A stretch of 31,858 bases of DNA from a virus (lineage: Duplodnaviria; Caudoviricetes). A program made the translations under genes and the position numbers. The number at the start of each line of letters is the position of its first letter. The stretch's first letter is position 1. Positions 1-8,230 of the stretch are shown piece by piece. The notes beneath the pieces were generated by a model. That model was given only the letters and a program-made list of their open reading frames with translations, did no database searches and was not told the origin of the DNA. The stretch spans positions 1 through 31,858 of the IMG/VR virus record IMGVR_UViG_3300012952_000069; one strand, given 5' to 3'.

Positions 1-501
1 AAGAAAGATTTTAAACCCGATATAATCTATATCGATTATCTAAACATATGTGGGTCATTACGTATCAGGCCTGGCGCTGGTGCAAACTCTTACACATTGG
101 TTAAGAGTATTGCTGAAGAAATGCGTGGTCTTGCGGTTGAATATGACGTACCTATTGTTAGTGCAACACAAACAACTAGAAGTGGATTTGGTTCTACTGA
201 TATTGGTTTGGAAGACACTTCTGAATCCTTTGGACTGCCTGCAACTGCAGACTTCATGTTTGCATTGATTACGTCCGAAGAACTAGAAGAGTTAGACCAA
301 ATGGTGGTCAAACAATTGAAAAATAGATACAATGACCCAACAGTCTTCAAAAGATTTGTTGTGGGAGTTGATAGAAGTCGCATGAAATTCTATGACTGTG
401 AACAAGAAGCACAGGAAGAACTCGTTGATAGTGCAATTGCACAGGAAGACGATACGCCTGTAATGGACAGAAATGAGAAATTCAGGGACTTTAAGATATA
501 A
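1..501 (+). CDS. 41: T4-like replicative DnaB-family helicase gp41, C-terminal part (5'-truncated by window edge)
   Basis: Frame is open from base 1: KKDFKPDIIYIDYLNIC (Walker B), IAEEMRGLAVE, SATQTTR, SESFGLPATAD, KQLKNRY, all hallmark gp41 motifs. Confidence 0.96.
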   Translation, partial: KKDFKPDIIYIDYLNICGSLRIRPGAGANSYTLVKSIAEEMRGLAVEYDVPIVSATQTTRSGFGSTDIGLEDTSESFGLPATADFMFALITSEELEELDQMVVKQLKNRYNDPTVFKRFVVGVDRSRMKFYDCEQEAQEELVDSAIAQEDDTPVMDRNEKFRDFKI

Positions 502-507
502 AAATAC

Positions 508-514
508 CTAAATA
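508..514 (+). promoter_or_regulatory. T4-like late promoter (CTAAATA)
   Basis: Variant of T4 gp55 TATAAATA lying in the intergenic gap; the same motif recurs before many genes of this block. Confidence 0.6.
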
Positions 515-535
515 GTAAGACAGTATGGTATTATT

Positions 536-712
536 ATGGCAAAAAATTTGAAATCGCAAGAGGTTATAGATTTAATACAACAGAAAGTTACATTAAAGAA
601 ACAACTAAGACTTGCAAGAAAAGATAAAAATGATACAGAGGTGCAACGCCTCTGTGGTGCCATATCTTCTATTGAAGAACACCTAAGTTCGACACCATTA
701 CAGAAATCATAA
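536..712 (+). CDS. small basic helical hypothetical protein (58 aa, not in ORF track)
   Basis: ATG 536 to TAA 712: MAKNLKSQEVIDLIQQKVTLKKQLRLARKDKNDTEVQRLCGAISSIEEHLSSTPLQKS; fills the gap and follows a late promoter. Confidence 0.7.
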   Translation: MAKNLKSQEVIDLIQQKVTLKKQLRLARKDKNDTEVQRLCGAISSIEEHLSSTPLQKS

Positions 713-751
713 ATAGTAGACAAACACTTAAAAAGGTGGTAGCCTACTATT
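709..751 (+). promoter_or_regulatory. late promoter ATAAATA (709-715) overlapping an RBS-sequestering hairpin
   Basis: AATAGTAG (712-719) pairs with CTACTATT (744-751), enclosing the SD-like AAGGTGG just before ATG 752. Confidence 0.6.
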
Positions 752-1960
752 ATGGCAGTTAAAAATTTACACTTAGAACATTTAGAGGACGAGATTATCA
801 ATAATGGTATTGATGGTGGACGTTCTGCTATCTATTTCCTTATGGAACTACGCAAAATGCTCAAGGGTAATAGTAGTTCACGTGTTAACATGACAGTTAA
901 ATGGGACGGTGCACCTGCTATATGGGCAGGGCCTCACCCTGAATCAGGTGAGTTCTTTGTTGCAAAGAAATCTCTATTCACCCAAAAACAATTACACTAT
1001 AAATCAGAACAAGAAATCAAAGACGCACCTGAACTTACAGGTGACCTAGAAAGTAAATTTCTAACTGCATTCAAATACCTATCAAAGGTTGGATTGAAAG
1101 AAATCCTACAGGGTGATTTAATGTACACTAAAGCAGACATAGAAAAACAAAAGTTTGATGACGGTACATACCTTACGTTTGGCCCGAACACTGTCGTTTA
1201 CGCAGTCAAAGATGATTCAGATTTGGGTAAGAGAATTGCTAAATCAAAAATGGGTATTGTATTCCACACCACATACAGTGGTTCTACCATAGAAGGACTT
1301 AGTGCTAAGTTTGGTGCAAACATAAGTGGTCTAAAACAAGGTGACGTTTGGATAGATGACGCAACATATAAAGACGTTAGTGGTACAGGTTCAATGACTG
1401 CTAAAGAAGCAATGCATTTATCTAAGATACTAACCGCAACAGGTAAAGCATTCCATGGAATCAAGAAAAATGATTTAACTAAGTTTCAAAAAGTTATGGC
1501 AACTATGGAAGCAAAAGGTGCTTCGGGTGCAACATATAAAACATATGCTAACTCACTTATACGTACAGGTGGTAAATTCAAACCAAACTCTCAAGACTAC
1601 ATAAACTATGTTGGTAAATATTGGGACGAAAAGATAGTTGCAAAAGTAAAACAAGAAAAGACTAAGAATATCAAGAGAGAGATTGGACAAGATTTAATTA
1701 AAGAATTAAATGGATTAAGAAAAATGATTGATAATCTTACTGCTTTCCAAGCATATTTGGTGGAAGGTAAGATGTTAATTATCAACGCACTTAACAGAGT
1801 TAAGAGTATTGGTACATTTGTAAGAACAGATAAAGGGTTTAAAGTAGTAAACCCCGAAGGTTATGTAGCAATCGATAAAGAGGGTGGTGCAGTTAAACTT
1901 GTAGACCGTATGGAATTTGCATATAATAACTTTACCGCACAGAAGAAATGGGATAAATAG
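752..1960 (+). CDS. conserved T4-like marine phage protein (DUF6267-like); probable ATP-dependent ligase/covalent nucleotidyltransferase fold
   Basis: Motif I-like TVKWDG (K50), Ia-like FVAKK, III-like ILQGDL, IV-like EGYVA and V-like VKLVD in the expected order. Confidence 0.7.
   Translation: MAVKNLHLEHLEDEIINNGIDGGRSAIYFLMELRKMLKGNSSSRVNMTVKWDGAPAIWAGPHPESGEFFVAKKSLFTQKQLHYKSEQEIKDAPELTGDLESKFLTAFKYLSKVGLKEILQGDLMYTKADIEKQKFDDGTYLTFGPNTVVYAVKDDSDLGKRIAKSKMGIVFHTTYSGSTIEGLSAKFGANISGLKQGDVWIDDATYKDVSGTGSMTAKEAMHLSKILTATGKAFHGIKKNDLTKFQKVMATMEAKGASGATYKTYANSLIRTGGKFKPNSQDYINYVGKYWDEKIVAKVKQEKTKNIKREIGQDLIKELNGLRKMIDNLTAFQAYLVEGKMLIINALNRVKSIGTFVRTDKGFKVVNPEGYVAIDKEGGAVKLVDRMEFAYNNFTAQKKWDK
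1953..1959 (+). promoter_or_regulatory. late promoter ATAAATA, 5 nt before ATG 1965
   Basis: GGATAAATAGAAGTATG. Confidence 0.7.
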
Positions 1961-1964
1961 AAGT

Positions 1965-2801
1965 ATGTATGACGATTTAGTAATAGAAAGTGCAGAATAC
2001 CAAGGTAAGAAGGTCAAACTGAATGACCCTATTAGAAATCCTAGCGGTAGTAAAAAGAAGTTCAAGGTCTACGTTAAGAACGATAAAGGTAATGTCGTTA
2101 AGGTTGAGTTTGGTGACCCTAATATGGAAATCAAACGTGACGACCCTAAGAGATTAAAAGCATATCGTGCTAGAATGAACTGTGATACAGACCCAGGCCC
2201 AAAATGGAAAGCAAACTATTGGTCTTGTTGGCAATGGAGAGCAAACGCACCAGTAGATGACGATGTCAAATATGACTTTGAATATTTCTTAGGTGAAGTA
2301 ATGTCTATGAAGACTAGACTTAAAATGAAACAAGCATTCAAGAAGAACAAAGCAAAGATAATGAGGGCAAGAAAGAAAGCTGCCAAGAAACCTCAACTAC
2401 AGAAAGGTCAGATAGAAAAGAAAGCAGAACTACAGGCACGTAAAGCAATAGAAAAGAAAATTCTTAAAGGTAAATCCAAGAAAGATTTAGGTATTGGTGC
2501 AAAAGCAGCCCTTGAAAAACAAATGGCAAAGAAACAAAAAGCAATTAAAAAGATTGCTATGAAGATACGTAAAGACGTAATCGCAAAAGAGAAAGCAAAA
2601 ATCAAAAAGAAACTTGGGGGTGTGAATGAAGAGTTTGCATTACCAAAATATCCAGCACAGACTGATATCAAATTTAAAGAGGACGATTGGGTAATCGGTG
2701 ACCCTGAAAAGGCATATGAGTATGATACTTCTAAGACTGGTGAACAAAACATGGAAATCATGAACGACTTGGTGGATAAAGAAAGAGAGACAATGAAATG
2801 A
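1965..2801 (+). CDS. modular putative internal head protein (KKFKVYVK/VEFG/YWSC domain + Lys-rich helical module)
   Basis: True start likely ATG 1965 (MYDDLVIE); modules are separated by LVIE, LGE and VNE linkers; very basic central segment. Confidence 0.7.
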   Translation: MYDDLVIESAEYQGKKVKLNDPIRNPSGSKKKFKVYVKNDKGNVVKVEFGDPNMEIKRDDPKRLKAYRARMNCDTDPGPKWKANYWSCWQWRANAPVDDDVKYDFEYFLGEVMSMKTRLKMKQAFKKNKAKIMRARKKAAKKPQLQKGQIEKKAELQARKAIEKKILKGKSKKDLGIGAKAALEKQMAKKQKAIKKIAMKIRKDVIAKEKAKIKKKLGGVNEEFALPKYPAQTDIKFKEDDWVIGDPEKAYEYDTSKTGEQNMEIMNDLVDKERETMK

Positions 2802-4111
2802 AAACATTTAAGTCATTCAACGAAGCAAAAGAAAAGGGTGCTACATTTACATTTGGTAGATTCAATCCACCCACAACTGGTCACGCAAAACTAGTTAAGA
2901 AGTTGGAACAATCTTCTAAAGGTGGTTATGTGCCTTTAATTTATACTTCACATTCAAGTGACCCTAAAAAGAATCCACTTAGTTATAAACAAAAGATTAC
3001 TTATCTCAAAAAGTTCTTTCCAAAGATTGGTGTTATCAATACACCTGCGAGAACTATTTTTGAAATAGTAGTAGACCTACACAATAAAGGATATACAAAT
3101 GTGCGTATGGTTGTAGGTTCAGATAGAGTTAAAGAGTTTGATATGCTTATTAAAAAGTATAACGGACAGAAAGGAAGACACGGTTTCTATAAGTTCAATT
3201 CAATCGATATTATATCTGCTGGTGAACGTGACCCTGACGCAGATGACGTATCGGGAATGAGTGCAAGTAAAATGAGAGCACTTGCAGGTGAAGGAGACTT
3301 TGACGCATTCCAAGACGGTGTTCCAAGTAAAAACAAAAGATTGGCACAGTCATTATATAAAGACGTTAGAACTGGTATGGGTATCAAAGAAGAACACATA
3401 CCTTGGTATATTAGAGAAGATTTAATCATGGAAGGTGTTTATGACCAAGGAATATTCAAAGCAGTATTTCTCATGGGTGGGCCAGGCAGTGGTAAATCCA
3501 CAGTCGTAGATAGGCTCGCACTAAAACCACTAGGTTTAAAACTTGTAAATACAGACAAAGCATTTGAAGTGGGATTAAAGAAAGCAGGTTTAGGACTAGA
3601 CTTAAGAGGTGCAGACTTTTCTAAGGTTGACCCTGTACGTGCGAAAGCAAAGAAGATTACAGGTATGAATCTAGATAATTACATAGACGGAAGACTAGGA
3701 CTTATATTTGATACCACAGCTGCTAAGTCTACTAAGATTTCAAACTATAAAAAAATGTTAGACAAACTAGGATACGAGTATAAAATGGTATTCGTAAATA
3801 CTTCTTTAGAAAATGCACAAGCAAGAAATGATAAGAGAGCAAGAAAACTACCACCTGAAATAGTAAAAGGTGATTGGGAAGCCTCACAAAAGAATGCAAA
3901 TAAATTTAGAGCAATGTTCAAGAAAGATTTTGTAGAGATTACAAATGACGATGACGTTAAATCATTAGAAAAGAAAGCAGACTCGTTATACAGTAAACTA
4001 CTTACATGGACAAGTAAGTTCCCTAGTAACAAAATGGCAATGGCATGGAGAGAACAAGAACTTCTTAAGAAATATACAATGGTAAGAGGTAGGATAAAAG
4101 AGTCTAAATAA
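2798..4111 (+). CDS. cytidylyltransferase-like (HxGH) nucleotidyltransferase fused to P-loop kinase, with capsid-targeting-like leader
   Basis: MKTFKSFNE leader; TFGRFNPPTTGH, VVGSDR, MSASKMR (NTase); then LIME linker, GGPGSGKS Walker A, IFDTT, RNDKR lid. Confidence 0.88.
   Translation: MKTFKSFNEAKEKGATFTFGRFNPPTTGHAKLVKKLEQSSKGGYVPLIYTSHSSDPKKNPLSYKQKITYLKKFFPKIGVINTPARTIFEIVVDLHNKGYTNVRMVVGSDRVKEFDMLIKKYNGQKGRHGFYKFNSIDIISAGERDPDADDVSGMSASKMRALAGEGDFDAFQDGVPSKNKRLAQSLYKDVRTGMGIKEEHIPWYIREDLIMEGVYDQGIFKAVFLMGGPGSGKSTVVDRLALKPLGLKLVNTDKAFEVGLKKAGLGLDLRGADFSKVDPVRAKAKKITGMNLDNYIDGRLGLIFDTTAAKSTKISNYKKMLDKLGYEYKMVFVNTSLENAQARNDKRARKLPPEIVKGDWEASQKNANKFRAMFKKDFVEITNDDDVKSLEKKADSLYSKLLTWTSKFPSNKMAMAWREQELLKKYTMVRGRIKESK
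4104..4110 (+). promoter_or_regulatory. late promoter CTAAATA, 5 nt before ATG 4116
   Basis: GTCTAAATAAACATATG. Confidence 0.7.
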
Positions 4112-4115
4112 ACAT

Positions 4116-4940
4116 ATGAGAGTATCAAAAACATACAAACAATCCGAATGGTTAGTAGAAGGGCCAGAAGAAATGGCGTCTCTCAAAGCAGACCAAGCAC
4201 GTGAAGTTGAAGATTTAAAACGAAGACACGAAGACGAAGTTGAAAATCTCAAAATGAAACACGAAAGAGAATCGGAAAGACAATCAAAGAAAGACGAAGC
4301 AGAAGCTGAAAGAGAATCACAACAAGAAGATACTCTACCTGATATCGAAGATTCAAAATATCTACAAGACGCTGTTGATGAAGGTAAATTAGTTGCAGAC
4401 GATTTAATGATTATTGATAGTGCAGTCAAATCTATCAAACAGGAAATGGTCAAGTCTCTTAAAAAAAATAGAGAAGCGGGTGTTAACTTTATCAATAGTA
4501 TGTTTAGAAGTGCAGGACTTAAATCAAAAGTCAGTGCTAAAATGCAATCCAAAGGAAGACTATTTCTTAAGCAAGAACTTGTAAAAGAAAATGAAGTTGC
4601 GAAGAAACTTAAAAAGATAAAGGGACTGACAAAAGACCAACTTAGAGTATTATCTACATTACCTACACCAATGTTAACAACAGTAATTAATCAACTATCT
4701 ACATTGGTAATGAGTGAAGATAAAGAAGAACAAGATAGAGATATCAAAGACAAAGAAGGGACTCAACCTAAGAAATACTACAAAGGTCTAGACAAGAAGA
4801 CCAAAGAAAAAAGAGACGCACACTTCAAACAGGGTAAAACAGGCCCTGCGCCAGGCGATGAAAACGAAGACGGTAAACCTGTAAAAACTAAGAAGTCAGT
4901 TCATACTAAAAAGTTTGAAAAAATGTTTGGAAAGAACTAA
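4116..4940 (+). CDS. modular charged hypothetical protein, putative internal head protein
   Basis: 274-aa ORF; coiled-coil LKRRHEDE/LKMKHERE repeats; C-terminal QPKKYYKGL...KTKKSVHTKKFEKMFG module. Confidence 0.75.
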   Translation: MRVSKTYKQSEWLVEGPEEMASLKADQAREVEDLKRRHEDEVENLKMKHERESERQSKKDEAEAERESQQEDTLPDIEDSKYLQDAVDEGKLVADDLMIIDSAVKSIKQEMVKSLKKNREAGVNFINSMFRSAGLKSKVSAKMQSKGRLFLKQELVKENEVAKKLKKIKGLTKDQLRVLSTLPTPMLTTVINQLSTLVMSEDKEEQDRDIKDKEGTQPKKYYKGLDKKTKEKRDAHFKQGKTGPAPGDENEDGKPVKTKKSVHTKKFEKMFGKN

Positions 4941-4942
4941 GG

Positions 4943-4949
4943 ATAAATA
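4943..4949 (+). promoter_or_regulatory. late promoter ATAAATA, 5 nt before ATG 4955
   Basis: GGATAAATAATACTATG. Confidence 0.7.
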
Positions 4950-4954
4950 ATACT

Positions 4955-5431
4955 ATGTCAGGAAATAAAACAGATAACGGAGTTCATGAAGTTGGGACAG
5001 ACGACATACGTCTATCGTATCAAAACGATACGCCTGGCCAAGACGTGGAGAATTACATAAAAGAACAAGAGAAAGCATTCCACGAAGAGAAGAATAGAAC
5101 TAAGAAACATTTCTCACAGGTATTCGGTAATCCTTTACAAGGTTATCCTCACAACGAAGAGTTTGAAGTCAAAGAAATCAAAGAAAATCAAGAAATATTT
5201 GAGAACGAAGCAGGTCTCAAAAAGAAAGCAGAAAAGTCAGGAATATCACTTGGTATTCTAAAACAAGTTTACAATAGAGGACTTGCCGCTTATAAAACTG
5301 GTCACAGGCCAGGCGCTACTGCCCCACAATGGGCAATGGCAAGAGTCAACAGTTTTATCACCAAGGGTGAAGGTACTTGGGGTAAAGCAGACTCAGATTT
5401 AGCAGACAAAGTCAGAGGTTCAAAGAAATAA
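4955..5431 (+). CDS. hypothetical protein with DUF5824-like C-terminal domain
   Basis: KKKAEKSGISLGILKQVYNRGLAAYKTGHRPGATAPQWAMARVNSF resembles a domain shared by marine phages and algal NCLDVs (recalled, unverified). Confidence 0.7.
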   Translation: MSGNKTDNGVHEVGTDDIRLSYQNDTPGQDVENYIKEQEKAFHEEKNRTKKHFSQVFGNPLQGYPHNEEFEVKEIKENQEIFENEAGLKKKAEKSGISLGILKQVYNRGLAAYKTGHRPGATAPQWAMARVNSFITKGEGTWGKADSDLADKVRGSKK

Positions 5432-5444
5432 CATAATGGAGTAA

Positions 5445-5732
5445 GTGGTCATGGTCAATGAGGACTGGTTAAGTAAACACGGAACTCATGAACAATACGT
5501 CATTAGAACGTATGATTCAACAACAGACTGGATAGATACTACCAAAAAAGAAATGGTTTATGCCCTTTCGGGCAATGGGTGGCAAATCCTGTATAAACGT
5601 GACGAAGATTATGGGACAGGTAATAAACTGGTGCCAGGCACTAAATTTTTGTTACCTGATAATGTGAAATATAAAATTTTAAATAAGGAGAATATAGATT
5701 CAAAGTTGGTTCTCAAAGTTGAGTTTATATAA
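5445..5732 (+). CDS. small beta-rich protein, possibly degenerate cupin
   Basis: IRTY...SGNGWQI...PGTKFLLPDNVKYKI pattern resembles small phage cupins but lacks His ligands; GGAG upstream, so ATG 5451 may be the start. Confidence 0.5.
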   Translation: MVMVNEDWLSKHGTHEQYVIRTYDSTTDWIDTTKKEMVYALSGNGWQILYKRDEDYGTGNKLVPGTKFLLPDNVKYKILNKENIDSKLVLKVEFI

Positions 5733-5735
5733 ATA
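5728..5735 (+). promoter_or_regulatory. late promoter TATAAATA
   Basis: Exact T4 late consensus 8 nt before ATG 5744. Confidence 0.75.
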
Positions 5736-5743
5736 AAGGTAGT

Positions 5744-6037
5744 ATGAGTAATATACAAGATTGGAAATCAGAACTGGCTAAAGTTCGTGCTTTCGTAAAG
5801 AAGGACGCAGAACCTGTTGTGGAAAAAACACAGGACGATATCATTGCGGAAGAAATTGACGCACTATTGGACGGTTTCGAGGAACCAATTGTCGAAGATA
5901 CTCAAGAATCCGATGTAAACACAGACAAACTTATTGAAAAAAATATGTTAGGTCGCCTTGCAAAATCATTGGACTTAAACGAAGAAAAAAAATCAATGCT
6001 TTTTAATTATTTTGAAAAGGGAGAGTTAATCCAATGA
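5744..6037 (+). CDS. acidic hypothetical protein
   Basis: 97-aa ORF behind a late promoter, ATGA-coupled to the next gene. Confidence 0.7.
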   Translation: MSNIQDWKSELAKVRAFVKKDAEPVVEKTQDDIIAEEIDALLDGFEEPIVEDTQESDVNTDKLIEKNMLGRLAKSLDLNEEKKSMLFNYFEKGELIQ

Positions 6038-6474
6038 GCATAAACAAATTATCAAATGACTTAGTTGAAGCAACTAAGAAAGTCTTAACCAAAGAAGAAG
6101 AATACAAAGACTTCTTTCAAAAAGTAATGAAGAAATTCGGTGTCAAGTCGCCAGGCGAATTGTCAGGTGACAAAGAAAAAGAATTCTACAATTACATTGA
6201 CAAGAATTGGAAAGGTAAGAAAGAAGATATCGACAAAATGCAGGAGTGGATTTCTGCTGGTGGTGAAAGACGTAGAGTCAAAGAAGGCGACGCTAGAAAA
6301 ACTAAAGTCGAAGACGTAATCAGAGGTATGTGGGAAGAGTCTGCTGAGGTTGAAGAAGGTAATTTTAATAAGAAGATGGATAAACACTTTAAAAAACATG
6401 CCAAAGCAATGTCTAAAGGCCCTAAAGGTAGATTTTCACAGAAAAAAACTATGAACTTTAGGAAGGGAAAGTAA
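6034..6474 (+). CDS. modular hypothetical protein, putative internal head protein
   Basis: YKDFFQKVMKKFGVKSPGEL...FYNYIDKNW module; LVE/VKE/VEE linkers. Confidence 0.7.
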   Translation: MSINKLSNDLVEATKKVLTKEEEYKDFFQKVMKKFGVKSPGELSGDKEKEFYNYIDKNWKGKKEDIDKMQEWISAGGERRRVKEGDARKTKVEDVIRGMWEESAEVEEGNFNKKMDKHFKKHAKAMSKGPKGRFSQKKTMNFRKGK

Positions 6475-6475
6475 T

Positions 6476-8230
6476 ATGCATTTTCAAGGTAACGTATTCC
6501 AAGATTTAAAAGAGAAAAAGATTCTAGACAAAGACGGTAAAGTCGATGCACTAGGGCCTTATGGTAAGTCAAAACTTACTGGTATGGAAGTGAATGCGTA
6601 CTTCAAAAAGAACAAAGTATCAGACCCTAAAGTCAAGAAAGCAGTAGAGGTTGCATTAGACTTAGGTGGTTCACATTCAGTTGCAACAAAAGAGATTGCA
6701 AAGTTTTACGGAAGTAAAATCCTTAAGTCTAAAGAAGTTCAAAAAGCACTTAAATTTGCAAACGAATCATTCGTACTAAACCAAGAACTAAATCAAATCC
6801 ACGAAACATATCTAACTGAAAAGAATTTAATGCCCGCACTACAGAAGATTGTTTCAGACAAACAAGCACAGAAAGTCGGTGGAGTCATGATTGATATGTT
6901 TACTGCAAGTGTTATTGTAAAAGCTTATGACGCAGTAAATGATTCCAACAAAGCGAAAATGGAAAAGGCAAACATAAACATTCTTGTTAAACTTGCACAT
7001 AAAGTTATGGGTATGAAAGAAGACCTAGACGAAGGTAAGTATGCAAAATACTCAGACCTACTTATCAAGAAAGCCAAGTTAATGAAAGCAGGTAAAGACG
7101 CTTCCATGGTTGATAAAGAAATTTCCAAAGAGTTAAAGAAACTTGGTATTAAAGAAGAAGTTATCGTTGAGAAAATAGTAGGAACTGGTGAAGCAATCAG
7201 TAAAATCTTTAAGACTAAAGATAAGAAAGAGATTGACGGTATTGCAAATCTTATGAACATGACAAGTACCAAAGTTCTTCAAGCAATGCAGAAACAAAAT
7301 CCAAAAGGTTTCAAAAGAATGACTGCTAAAATGGGTGAACTACCTGCTATGGAACAAGTAGAAGAAGGTGCAGTATCAGCCGCTCAAAGAGCTGCTATCG
7401 CAATCTCCAAGAAAGAGAAAGCAGGAAAGCCTGGATATGATAAAGAAGGTAAGTCTCTCAAGAACAAGAAAGAAGAAACTATAAAAGAAGGGACATGGAA
7501 AGTACCTGATAATAAAAGAGAATTAGCAGTATTAGCTGATATGTTAATGAAACCATATCCTGCTACCAAACCTGCTGATGTTAATAAGTTCTTGGATATG
7601 TTACCTGTAGGTGACGATTCATTGTATGATGACTTAGACGCAATTTCGTATGAAAAAGAATCTGACGGTTCAATTAAGAGACCTTTAGTGAAAATGAAAA
7701 AGTTCGATAAAGTTTTTGTAAATGTAATTGCTGGTGAAGCATTACAAAAAGAGAAATGGATTAGAGGTAAAACCTCAGGCAATAAATTTACCATGACACA
7801 CCACTCATTTGGCCCTCAAGCTTCAATGGAATCAGTAGAAGAAAAAGTCATGAGAAAAAAAGGTAATATCAAACGTGGTAAAATGTTGAAACTGGACATG
7901 AGTCTTGACAAAAAACAAAGTGTTATGGACGCATACAGACAAATGTGGGAAACAGATTTAGAAGAAGCAAAAGATTTAGACCCAGCAACGATTGGTAATA
8001 TCGCTGCCATGACTGATAGAAATGACCACAATAAAGCATTAATGACTCTTGCAAATGCAATGAAAGAAAAGAAAGCTGCAAAAATGTTAGAGTTGTTATC
8101 ACAAATGCATAAAGCAAATGGTTCAATGAGTTCTGACATGATGGCAATGCGTAAGGGAATCTATGATGAACTTATGAAAAAGTCTAAAAAAATGTACAAG
8201 AATCACAAAGAAATCAATGGTGCATTCTAA
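6476..8230 (+). CDS. large multi-module K/E/M-rich protein, putative protease-processed internal head polyprotein
   Basis: 584 aa; short helical modules separated by LTE, LDE, IVE, VEE, IKE, LEE linkers; includes an AQRAAIAISKK module. Confidence 0.75.
   Translation: MHFQGNVFQDLKEKKILDKDGKVDALGPYGKSKLTGMEVNAYFKKNKVSDPKVKKAVEVALDLGGSHSVATKEIAKFYGSKILKSKEVQKALKFANESFVLNQELNQIHETYLTEKNLMPALQKIVSDKQAQKVGGVMIDMFTASVIVKAYDAVNDSNKAKMEKANINILVKLAHKVMGMKEDLDEGKYAKYSDLLIKKAKLMKAGKDASMVDKEISKELKKLGIKEEVIVEKIVGTGEAISKIFKTKDKKEIDGIANLMNMTSTKVLQAMQKQNPKGFKRMTAKMGELPAMEQVEEGAVSAAQRAAIAISKKEKAGKPGYDKEGKSLKNKKEETIKEGTWKVPDNKRELAVLADMLMKPYPATKPADVNKFLDMLPVGDDSLYDDLDAISYEKESDGSIKRPLVKMKKFDKVFVNVIAGEALQKEKWIRGKTSGNKFTMTHHSFGPQASMESVEEKVMRKKGNIKRGKMLKLDMSLDKKQSVMDAYRQMWETDLEEAKDLDPATIGNIAAMTDRNDHNKALMTLANAMKEKKAAKMLELLSQMHKANGSMSSDMMAMRKGIYDELMKKSKKMYKNHKEINGAF

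Noticed and set aside
97-99. TTG start assigned to the helicase
   Set aside because: The frame is open to base 1 with Walker B upstream; the gene is truncated by the window
2300-2620. Apparent DNA repeats or CRISPR-like periodicity
   Set aside because: Low complexity from Lys/Ala codons; no fixed repeat-spacer units anywhere in the window
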